Of a DNA stretch of 64,000 nt, positions 1 to 31,427 are shown piece after piece. Below the pieces are notes generated by a model. It did not search any database. It saw nothing but the letters and a program-made list of their open reading frames with translations, and was not told the DNA's origin. This DNA is from Amoebidium appalachense (Eukaryota; Protista; Ichthyosporea). The DNA is taken from contig CAVNZM010000002.1 in NCBI GenBank assembly GCA_963693365.1, forward strand, positions 15,967,615 to 16,031,614, written 5' to 3'. The number at the start of each line of letters is the position of its first letter. Positions within the stretch are counted from its first letter, which is position 1. A program made the translations under genes and the position numbers.

Positions 1-10
1 GGGGTTGCAG

Positions 11-21676
<21,666 letters not shown>

Positions 21677-22073
21677 TTCAAAGCACATCGTGTTGCATGG
21701 GGATTTGCAGTCTTATGGTTATACATGCACGTAAGACTGTTGAATGGTCGCCTCATAGGAGGTTGTGTAACTTGGAGAAAAGAAGTGGTGTACATTCAGT
21801 GTATTTTGAAAGCAAACCCTTTTGGTATTGGATTGTGGTGATTTCGAAGCAGCAAATGATGTAGGAGTACGAATGTATATTGTGCCGACATTAATCTCTG
21901 TGTAACTTGCGTGTTGTAGTATGTGATCGCTAAGAATACGTGTATGTGCTGCCATTGGTCGTTTTGTGTATCCACTTGCAGGGAGCACTCTGAGAATAGT
22001 TCAATTCATCCACTCCCAACAGACCCCCTCCCCCTCTTCCCCTCCCCCCCACGCCTACCCATACACACACACA

Positions 22074-22120
<47 letters not shown>

Positions 22121-22370
22121 ATACACCTGAACATGGGCAGCAAATAGCACGTGGTATTCAAAGCTGTTTCCATACCTGCCCATCATACCACCGTCAGCTA
22201 TTATAGTAGTAGAGACAGTCACTACATATAAGGGCCGCTATGATGTGCTTTTCGATACATTTTAACGGTGGCACGTATGATATTTATACGGGCATCATGA
22301 GAGGTGTGTGGGTCACCGTGTGGGAAGGTGGTCACCATGGAGGTGGTGGTGGTGGTCGCAGGAGGGTGAG

Positions 22371-22407
<37 letters not shown>

Positions 22408-23388
22408 GGGGGGAGGGATCTTTGCACACACTGTGGTGGTGGTGGCGGTATGGGTGGTTGGGTGAGTGGGGCCTGGGTGGGTGGGTGGTGGGGGGGGGGG
22501 GGGGAGGGGAGGGGGGAGGTTGAGCTCCGCCTGCGCACGATTGGACATTAGTATGAATACATGTGATGGTCACTTTAGACTAATGGCTATTTCCAAGGGC
22601 TTCTAGATCTTCCACAACTGCTTATGAAAGAGTTTCTATTTATTTATTCGATGAATTCAGTGTTTTTTGAGTGGTAATGCAATATACAGGAGAACATCAC
22701 CGCGATAGCATATGCAGGAGAAGATCGATCACCAATACTAATATGCTCTCCACGTGTGCATTCTGAACTATTAGTATGACGAGCTTTTTGAAGCATATGC
22801 ATGTCGTTTCTGTATTGAGAATAACCGGCGAATGTTTGCATGTACATAGTGTAACACTCGCTTGGTTGGTAAGCAAACTTTAATATATGCACTTGTCGCC
22901 TGCTCATTCCGCACTTGCACAATCAGACTACCTAGGTAGCCACCGTATACTGTTGGAACGGCTAGCAGTAATCATCCCCGGTGAGTAGAACTTGCCTCAA
23001 GTGGACTCCGTTTCTCCCTGCAGGCCAGCTTGTGAACAGTCATTCTTGAAGGAATGCTTACCGCGGTTGCCTATCGTCGAGAATGGTCATGGGATCGGAT
23101 TCCGTGCTGATACTGGCCCATTGGTGTAAAGATCGAAATTTGGAGGAACAGGGGAAGCGACAAAAAAGAAAGAGTAGACACAAAAGAAAAATCTGAAAGA
23201 GAGAGAGAGGAACAAGAGGAGGTGGAAAAGCGAGGCAATGATCCCCGGGGGGGGGGGGGAGGTTCAGGTCAGTGTCTGAGAAGCGCTATGTAGCACCACC
23301 TGCACCCTGTGAACGCGTGTGCGCAACTTAGTCTTGTGCGTGTGTGTGTGTGTGTGTGTGTGTCACGTGTGTGTGTGTGTGTGTGTGT

Positions 23389-23459
<71 letters not shown>

Positions 23460-24090
23460 GAGGGGGAGGGGGGGGGAGGGGGGGGGGGGGGGGGTCTCCT
23501 AGAAACCTTCAGCAGCTGCTGTTGCGGATTCAGCGACTGATTGACACTTTGACACTTGGAGAGTTCCAAAAGCAAAAGACAGGGAGGTCAACTGATCGGA
23601 TTCATAGTCTGAGTGACGAGATGCATGGGCATGCGAAAAAGCAACCGACAGACCACATGCCCTCCCCCCCCCCCCCCCCCCCCCCCCCCTCCCTCCTCCT
23701 TCCCCCATCGCCCCCCCGCTTCAGATTCACCAAATTATCACCCTCTCAGTTCAAGCCCATTCTCCCCCCTCCCTCCAATACGATTTTCAATACCAGTACT
23801 AGGACTCCCCTCATTTCCCCGGAAAGATGAACTTTCATAAAACCTCGCGTACGAGTGACTCTGGCCAGGAGACGGAAAAGATATGAGGAAGAAAATGCTC
23901 CTGGAAGGAGGGGAGGTGTGTATGTGCGTGGGGGGGGGGGGGGGGGGGGGGCTTGGCTTGCAAGGGTATTACAGCCGGAAGAAGAGATGAATTGGGCCCA
24001 TCGCATAGGCTATGTCCCCACTGGCTTGCGTAAGTGGCCGGGCACTACTACGCTGCGGGACGTCTCCGGTACCGGTTGGGTCCATGAATT

Positions 24091-24275
24091 CCTGTTGGGC
24101 AATCGGAACGCTTGGTTATCTTGTAGGTCCAATAGGAATGCTGTATTTTCTGTTGGGCAATAGGAACGCTTCCTTAAATTGTTGTTGGGCAATAGCAACG
24201 CTTCCTTAATTTCCATAAAATTATTAATGCGACCTACACATCGATTCAGTCGCACACATCGATTCAAATGTCGCT
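24091..24275. repeat. Four ~30-bp-spaced copies of GTTGGGCAATAGGAACGCT plus two copies of ACACATCGATTCA
   Basis: Cores near 24094, 24123 (degenerate), 24153 and 24184. The second motif is near 24236 and 24254. Confidence 0.85.
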
Positions 24276-24371
24276 CTTTATTATCTGCTAATAAATAGTA
24301 TCCTTCGCGCATCCACCCCTAAACCAGGCCATCCGTGGCCCTAAGGGCCGGGGAACACCCCCATCCATGTC

Positions 24372-25556
24372 ATGGCACATGCCTATAATCGTTTCAGAAC
24401 CTCTTTCAAAGTTCCATCTACACCCATCACACATGTGCGACCATTAAAACGTCCAGCAGATACACCTACCACAGATGCACAACCAGAAAAACATCGCCTT
24501 AGACTAAGCGCAACACCTATTTACAATACACTACCCATTCAGAATAACACCACACCACTCCGTAGAAACACAATAACAACCATGCCGAAACTTTCGGTTG
24601 ATACAGTACTGGCAGAACTTGCCCTCGTTAAGAAACAGCTAAATGAGCTGTTACCACTCAAGAACATGATAGAAAAACTCCAAACAGAAAATACCCAACT
24701 CAAGCTCACCATTGATTCACTCACAGCCCAGCTAAACATTAGTGGATCGCAAAACCCCAAAACTCATGAGCAAACATCTCGCGACGGAGACATTTCCACC
24801 CCAACACAAAACAACACAGGACCGGAAGCACAGCTCCCGGCAGAGTTCCTAGAATATGCGAACTCTCGTAAAACACCCGAGCTCCGCCAAATTGCCAAGG
24901 AAACATATGCCAGCATTCTTGCAGGCAACGAGTACCGCCGCAACTCCCCTCCCAAACCGCCGGCTAAGGGGAACACCCAAGCAAACGGTAACATCAACAT
25001 CCCACCCAAATACGAGAGGGTGTATTTCAAAGTCAAGCACGGCAGACGCCCACACAGGGCCATGTGGTCCATCTTCAAGGCTCTCGGCTTCCGGTGCTCT
25101 CGCATCCTTTGTCTGTCCTTCATTGGATACGATGTGCTGGAAGTAGCAGTACGGGGCGACTATAACCGTGCGTTCATCCGTGACGCGACAAAGGGGTGTG
25201 GAAGCTTCTTCACCCACCTCCCAAGCTACGACCCATGCGCGCCGGAAAACATTCAGAAAGCAGACAAAGAACGTAAAGTGTCTGCTAAGAATGCGTGCGC
25301 CACACGTTGTCGTGTACGCATCAGCAAGGCAAAAGAGTTCCTCGCAAAGTTGGAAAACGATGCTACGAGCGTGATAGACACGGACACGAAGGAACCAATG
25401 TTTTCTGGTGAGAAACTGCTCGAGCGCAAACGCCGATGCGAGATGGAAATCGAGCTCTTCTGCGAACTGTTCGCGCTGGCGGAAGGTCGTGCATACGACC
25501 CCGTAAGCGACAAGTGGGAACCAACCCCACAGGTGTCGGACCAAACCGATGCCTAA
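24372..25556 (+). CDS. LINE ORF1 protein (394 aa; predicted coiled coil plus putative RRM-like RNA-binding region)
   Basis: Lies directly upstream of ORF2 and overlaps it by 8 nt (ATGCCTAA). Heptad segment LAELALVKKQLNEL..IEKLQTENTQLKLTIDSLTAQL. The domain call for the C-terminal half is inference, and the true start could be the downstream Met at 24582. Confidence 0.85.
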   Translation: MAHAYNRFRTSFKVPSTPITHVRPLKRPADTPTTDAQPEKHRLRLSATPIYNTLPIQNNTTPLRRNTITTMPKLSVDTVLAELALVKKQLNELLPLKNMIEKLQTENTQLKLTIDSLTAQLNISGSQNPKTHEQTSRDGDISTPTQNNTGPEAQLPAEFLEYANSRKTPELRQIAKETYASILAGNEYRRNSPPKPPAKGNTQANGNINIPPKYERVYFKVKHGRRPHRAMWSIFKALGFRCSRILCLSFIGYDVLEVAVRGDYNRAFIRDATKGCGSFFTHLPSYDPCAPENIQKADKERKVSAKNACATRCRVRISKAKEFLAKLENDATSVIDTDTKEPMFSGEKLLERKRRCEMEIELFCELFALAEGRAYDPVSDKWEPTPQVSDQTDA

Positions 25557-28500
25557 TTTATCCTTCTTCTTCTGGAATGCTCGGACACTGGGCCCCCAAA
25601 AGGGCCTCCCCCCCGGGACACTCGACGATAAAATCAGCTACATACAACAACAGACAAACAACCACACGTTTACAGTGATTTGCGAAACACAGTTTAAAAA
25701 CCACCACAAATTCAACTCTACATTGGTCGACACATCCACACACCCCGGTTACGCGAAAAACCGAGGCATTATTGTACTTGCCGCACCACACGTGAGAGTG
25801 AAGTGCAAACCGGTAGCAAAAACGGAATTCTCGGTTTCTATAGAGTTTCTTTCTAATGTTTTTACTTTTGTATATTACCCACCATCTATGTCGGTTGTCG
25901 AATTGACTCACGAGTTGTCACAGTTACCAATGTCCACTGTTATTTTAGGTGATTTTAACACGCGACTCCACCACACAGACACACTGCAAGTGAGTGTCGG
26001 GTACCCATCTAAGCCCCCGGAGCGTGCTATCCCTTTAGCAAGGTATGTCCAAAGTCACACTTTGCGGTTCCCTCAAATATCCCATGCCCACAACACCGAC
26101 TGGGGAGTGGCCTTTTGGCCATCAACCATGTCAAAACTCTCTCTCCCTCCTAACCTCTCTAGGTCATCTGACCACTCTCCTATCCTTTTCCTACCTAAGA
26201 TCTCCCTTGATCTGCTCCCCCCTCCCCCTCCCACCTTTCGCCTCCGTCTATCCCAGCTTAAGTCACAGTGGGGTAGAGTTGATGTATGTGTATGCTATGC
26301 TACGAAACACCCTATATATATGCGCCTATTAGAATCTGCACAAGCCAGGCCAGATTCACATCTCGTACTAGATACATGCACTAACTTTATTGTTGATGAT
26401 TTGATAGATCTCGGTGATTATGCTGGCGGTGGTAGGAAGGAATATCCCGATGCTCTCTTGTTACCAAACACCACTCCCGCTAGACTAGGTGAACCCCTGT
26501 CTCAAAAGGAAAGCTTGCGCCGGCTTGCTAGAATGAATCGATTTGGCCCCCCTGCTCGTATTATTGGTGATACCACTGGAGACCCCCTCATAGACTCTGA
26601 TAAGTATTTCTCGGAACTGTTTAAAGATAGGACCCCCGCTCAGAAACCTATTGTGTGGCCTGTAGACCCATCTATCCCCATAGAATCGATCCTCCCCTTT
26701 TTCAGTCCCGATGCCATATGGTCTGTGATATCTAGTTATAGCTCTAGTAAGTCTTGTGGACCTGATGGACTCCCTGCTGGGTTTCTTAAAATCCTTGTTC
26801 CCTCCTACCCACAAAAGGAAAGTGATCGTGCTATTAAACCTGATCTTACTATCATGTTAAGCTCTCTCTTTTCTTGGTGTGTTAAATGTGGACATGTCCC
26901 GTCATCTTGGTTAGATACCTTAGTGATCCCCATAGTTAAGAAGGACTCTGAGGGCCCCATATCATCCTTTCGCCCCATTACACTAACCCAGGTTGTTCGT
27001 AGATTCTTTGAAGCTTGCTTACTTAGGTTATTTGCACATCACCCTAGGTTTCAATCTATTCTTCACATACACCCATGCCAATCCGCTTTTCGTAAAAACA
27101 ATTCATGTTATGTTCAAATAATGGCACTGCACGATTCTATGCAAGTTGGTGCACAATATGTTGGCTTTATTGATTGGAAAACTGCTTACGATTCTGTCTC
27201 CCCTGGTCTCCTATGGGAAAAGCTTGCTGCACGGGGTGTACCACACTGCATTGGTGTTCTGTTAGAAGCACTCTTGTCTCAAACCTATGGTAGAGCTGTG
27301 GTTAATGGGCATCTTTCATATGGTTTTGCTCGTACTAGAGGTCTCTTGCAGGGTTCATTGCTTAGCCCCTTTTTGTTTAACCTATTTATAGATGATTTGG
27401 CTGTCAAGATTTACGCCGAAAACGATGACCCTATTAATAACTTTCCGCCTGCACTTCTCTATGCTGATGATCTGTCCCTCCTTGCCCGTACCCCTAGACG
27501 CCTGCAAAGATTGTTCGATGTAGTGTCAGAGTGGTGCAAGGCAAACCTTATGATCCTTAACATAGACAAATGTGGTGTTCTTGTACCTGATATAGCTAAC
27601 AATTTACACACATTTACATTATCATCTAAACCTGTACCTATAGTTCCAGAATACAAATATCTTGGTGTTCCGGTTGATTCTGTTGGTGTTATGTTTCCCC
27701 ATATGGTCGAAAAGAGGGTAGAGTTGGCTCGTAAGCGGTTAGCTTTCTTCTCGGCTAATATTTTTAAAGACACACCCCTCCATCCTTCTATTAGACTTAC
27801 ATTTATTCGCACTTTTGTCTTCCCGGCATGTGAATATGGTTTACCCCTTCTCGCCGCTTGGATCAAGAAAGAGAGAACTAGAGCGCTTAAACCCTTGGCA
27901 AATTTCCTTGAAGCAGAAGTTGCCTCCTTTCTATCTAACAACTGTTGTAAACCTGGGCCTGTAACGCTCTCGATATATGGTCTGGTCCCAATAGCTGCTA
28001 GAGTATCCTATCTCGCGCTGAAATTCAATAAGCACATAAGCCGCTTAAAGAAGTATTTGCCCTCCCACCCTCTCTTCTCTATCCGACCTGTCCCCTCCTC
28101 ACCTCTCCCCTCTTTCCTCCCCTCTCTCTCCCCTTCTCCCCTGGGCACAAATACAAATAAACCCCGCAATAGTGTGTGTGTGACTTTGGACTGCCACTTA
28201 CTTATTAAACATGTACACAATCACAAGATAATCACGCAATATAACAAATGGAAAAAGATACCACACGACACTAGACCCGATGAAAGCATACACCTTGAAA
28301 AACTAAGCCTTATGTCTCGTTTTATATATACTGACCGCCTCAACCATATTGCCAAATATGGCACTCGCAAGTGTATAACACCTAAATACATATTACCTTC
28401 CTGTAGAACTGGTCTTTCTCTAGCTGATGGTATTATTGATCAATTACCACGCTTTTACTGTACACGTGCTATACAGTGGAGATCTAATAAGTATAAGGTG

Positions 28501-28743
28501 GCATCATTTGCATGCCCAAACAACACACACACACACCAGTTTAACCGGTCATGTATCGCCAAATGTAGTTTGATAGACCACATAATACCGCAACACACAC
28601 ACGTCACATTCACAACAGACACCCAGAAAGATAGCCTACCTGTAAATTACAACATCCTTGATTTTATACTAAACACGCGTAACTACGACCTGTTTATTAG
28701 ATGTATTGATTGGCTTGAGAAACACATCACTACAAAATTATAG
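25549..28743 (+). CDS. LINE ORF2: APE endonuclease + reverse transcriptase (1064 aa)
   Basis: APE motifs FWNAR, ICETQ, VYYPP, ILGDFN, SDHSPI. RT motifs SCGPDGL, FRPITL, QSAFRK, FIDWKTAYDSV, GLLQGSLLSPFLFNLFIDDL, YADD, YKYLGV. C-terminal Cys/His cluster ACPNNTHTHQFNRSCIAKC. Confidence 0.97.
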   Translation: MPNLSFFFWNARTLGPQKGLPPGTLDDKISYIQQQTNNHTFTVICETQFKNHHKFNSTLVDTSTHPGYAKNRGIIVLAAPHVRVKCKPVAKTEFSVSIEFLSNVFTFVYYPPSMSVVELTHELSQLPMSTVILGDFNTRLHHTDTLQVSVGYPSKPPERAIPLARYVQSHTLRFPQISHAHNTDWGVAFWPSTMSKLSLPPNLSRSSDHSPILFLPKISLDLLPPPPPTFRLRLSQLKSQWGRVDVCVCYATKHPIYMRLLESAQARPDSHLVLDTCTNFIVDDLIDLGDYAGGGRKEYPDALLLPNTTPARLGEPLSQKESLRRLARMNRFGPPARIIGDTTGDPLIDSDKYFSELFKDRTPAQKPIVWPVDPSIPIESILPFFSPDAIWSVISSYSSSKSCGPDGLPAGFLKILVPSYPQKESDRAIKPDLTIMLSSLFSWCVKCGHVPSSWLDTLVIPIVKKDSEGPISSFRPITLTQVVRRFFEACLLRLFAHHPRFQSILHIHPCQSAFRKNNSCYVQIMALHDSMQVGAQYVGFIDWKTAYDSVSPGLLWEKLAARGVPHCIGVLLEALLSQTYGRAVVNGHLSYGFARTRGLLQGSLLSPFLFNLFIDDLAVKIYAENDDPINNFPPALLYADDLSLLARTPRRLQRLFDVVSEWCKANLMILNIDKCGVLVPDIANNLHTFTLSSKPVPIVPEYKYLGVPVDSVGVMFPHMVEKRVELARKRLAFFSANIFKDTPLHPSIRLTFIRTFVFPACEYGLPLLAAWIKKERTRALKPLANFLEAEVASFLSNNCCKPGPVTLSIYGLVPIAARVSYLALKFNKHISRLKKYLPSHPLFSIRPVPSSPLPSFLPSLSPSPLGTNTNKPRNSVCVTLDCHLLIKHVHNHKIITQYNKWKKIPHDTRPDESIHLEKLSLMSRFIYTDRLNHIAKYGTRKCITPKYILPSCRTGLSLADGIIDQLPRFYCTRAIQWRSNKYKVASFACPNNTHTHQFNRSCIAKCSLIDHIIPQHTHVTFTTDTQKDSLPVNYNILDFILNTRNYDLFIRCIDWLEKHITTKL

Positions 28744-28763
28744 CGCACGCGCACACACACACA

Positions 28764-28814
<51 letters not shown>

Positions 28815-28846
28815 CCAGCTGATACCGAGTGTCCCGAGGGGAGCCC

Positions 28847-28888
<42 letters not shown>

Positions 28889-29507
28889 GGGGAACCCCAA
28901 CTAATTGATTTCTCCTTGTAGTCTTTATGGTGTCTCGTAGAGAAAGTAAACCCTGATATATAGTCACCACCCGACATCTATGTACGTGATCATGATATAC
29001 CGCTGAGGGGATATTCCGAGCAAAACCCCCCCCCCCATACCTGAGACTGGTTCTCTTTGCCTCGAGTAAACATCGTAAACCCCTGAACCATATATATGCT
29101 GTAAATTTAAATTTGTTTGCGCGAACAGACTCTCTGTCTAGTGACTGTCGCCTGCGGCAACATATCATACAAGGTATGTTGAGGCGGGCCGCAGGGAGAC
29201 AGAGTCAATCAAAGTGACTGATGAATTGCCAGGGGATCCGAGGAGAGTGGGGCGAGGAAAGAGAGGCCGGGTTGGGGATATTGAGGGGGTAAAAAAAAAA
29301 AAAAAAAGAGGAAAAAAAAACTGAAAACAAAAACAACCGAATGTGTGGGAAGACAGAGGGTCTCCAATCAAATAAATCCCAACCCCTATCCCATGGCCAA
29401 TCCCCCCATTAAATAAAAAGAACAAGGAAGTTTTTAGAAAACCTCGGACGGCATGCCCTGCCCAGATATGGAGATGGTGCTGGGAGAGAAAAAACCTAGG
29501 CCTTTTT

Positions 29508-29552
<45 letters not shown>

Positions 29553-30265
29553 GGAGGAGGAGATAAGTTATATGCGGAGACACTGAGATGATTTATGAGG
29601 TGAGCCTTATGGGGTAGATGGCGCAGCGGGTTGGATTTTACACTGGGCAAAATGGCTTTTTTTCAACTTTCTAAAGTTATTTATGGCGGTGGTGGTGTGT
29701 GTGTGCGTGTGTGGGGGGGGGGGGGGGGGCAGCAGGGGCTAATGACTAGATGAACTTGGATCGTAAGTTCAGAACTAAAATTAGGTACTTACATTCCTCA
29801 AAGAGGACATACTGTGTTTTGTTTCCAAAAAAACAAAACAAAACATAAAAAAAAGTGTAAAATGGCTGCAACACCTGCCACTGAATATCTGCTACTGAAA
29901 CCATCACGCAGACCCCGAGAATACGCGTCAAATTGTTCCAAGTGGGCATCGAACAATTATTATTACTATGCAAATGCGTTGTATTGAATTTCAACACAAC
30001 AATACGTATCAACTACCAAAGGAAAATTGCGAAACCTACGGAACTAAATCAATAGCAGTGCATCGCGTGTCAGCCCCACTGGCATACTTGTTAAATTTAT
30101 GAACGCATGATACATGCTACAGTTACATTCACAACATACTTCCTAAATTAAATGCTTGAACCTAAGTTCATACATTGCACAAAAAGTTACACAATTTATA
30201 TCGTTCCTCCCCCGTTACAAATGTTTTCCCCCCATTCTGGAGATTGAACCACGATTCACAACAAT

Positions 30266-30760
30266 TCACCACACAGCACCGTTCAACCCGGCAGCGCGCT
30301 TCTTCCTGTAGTGAGGGTCAATGAGTCCCCCCTTCCTTCCACCAGGGTGCTCGTCTCCAAACATAAACATTGGCTTCACCGCTGCGTTATTGCTTTCTTT
30401 TTGCGTCGTATCACTTCGTGCAGCAGTGTTTTCTAATGTTGTGGTAGTAGAGGCACCAAGGAGGCCAATAACTTTGTGGCTGTCCAGAATCTGGGTGAAG
30501 TTGTGCACGTTGGGCTTGTTGTGATTCACGTTGTTTTTCGTGTTCCCTCCAAGCTCACACACAGCCTGTTCAAACTCCTCGGCCGTGGTTCCGCGCGTTG
30601 TGGTCTGACTGCGCTGAATGAAACCCTGTATGTTTTTGTCGTTTGCAGAAACGGTGTTGGTGTGTGCGTGCGTTCGTGTTTCCGAACGCCTACAGAGGGG
30701 ACTGAAGGGCCAGGTCGTGCCAAAATCGTTCTCGAACACAGGGGCTGTGTTGATCGGCAT
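30266..30760 (-). CDS. Hypothetical intronless protein (164 aa)
   Basis: ATG-to-TGA ORF of normal complexity, A at -3, TATA-like run about 100 bp upstream (30864-30870), AT-rich downstream region. No recognisable domain. Confidence 0.45.
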   Translation of the reverse strand: MPINTAPVFENDFGTTWPFSPLCRRSETRTHAHTNTVSANDKNIQGFIQRSQTTTRGTTAEEFEQAVCELGGNTKNNVNHNKPNVHNFTQILDSHKVIGLLGASTTTTLENTAARSDTTQKESNNAAVKPMFMFGDEHPGGRKGGLIDPHYRKKRAAGLNGAVW

Positions 30761-31427
30761 TCTTCGGTGGTTTGCTTATAGGGGGTTGGTGAAATGTAGT
30801 CACGGAGTATGATATTGGTGGGTTCTATTTAGTTTTCTCGTGATCACCAGAAGCAACTCGGGGTATATATGTGACACACGGGGTGCGGCCTTGTGTGTGT
30901 TTTCTAGAAGGCCTTCGCGATAATTGCTTGCCAGTCTACAATAAGAAAGCCAGGCACGGCAACGGTAGGGTTCGAATTCAACTTCGAATTGACACTCAGT
31001 CTGGAGATATCACGAGACTCCGACTGGAGACTATTACGTAACCATCGGAACCGGGCCTACAAAACGGCTCTGTGTAAACGCAGGCAACCCTCACGTATAT
31101 GTATATATATGTCAACCAATTTCTCTCCCCTCTCTGGCTACTATTAGGCATATTCCAGTGCCCCTTAAAGTTTGACCGGGCTTTTTCCCGTGGGCCAACT
31201 TGAGGTTGTGACTTTGGTCACGGGTTAGGAGTTTCCAGCTTGTGCTGTTGAGAATTTCGAGCTCTGGCACCAATACGGGATCCAAGCCAATCAAACACTT
31301 TGCGTGTTATGATTGGCTGGCATATCAAAACATGGACGAGGGGTTTGGGATATGCGGTTTTGGCTGCGCTATCCTTTTTACCTCAAACCCAATCGTATTG
31401 TCGGAATTTTCTACATTTTTTTCTTTC

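Larger units (their letters stand above)
24357..28887 (+). mobile_element. Intact non-LTR retrotransposon (LINE, APE-endonuclease type), about 4.53 kb
   Basis: Two intact intronless ORFs, a (CA)n-containing 3' UTR, a pure A37 tail (28851-28887), and an 8-bp direct repeat CGGGGAAC at 24349-24356 and 28888-28895 consistent with a target-site duplication. Confidence 0.95.

Noticed and set aside
24091-24210. CRISPR-like repeat-spacer pattern
   Set aside because: Spacers are only about 11 nt and similar to each other, repeats are degenerate, the context is eukaryotic and there are no cas genes.
24320-24371. HDV-like or hammerhead ribozyme at the LINE 5' end
   Set aside because: Hairpins are present, but I could not build the nested double pseudoknot or find CUGAUGA/GAAA cores, and most of the sequence lies outside the TSD.
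28088-28184. Antisense GT..AG intron in LINE ORF2
   Set aside because: The length of 97 nt is not a multiple of 3, so removal would frameshift an otherwise intact ORF.
30969-30979. B-box-like GGTTCGAATTC
   Set aside because: No T-arm stem, A box or cloverleaf around it.
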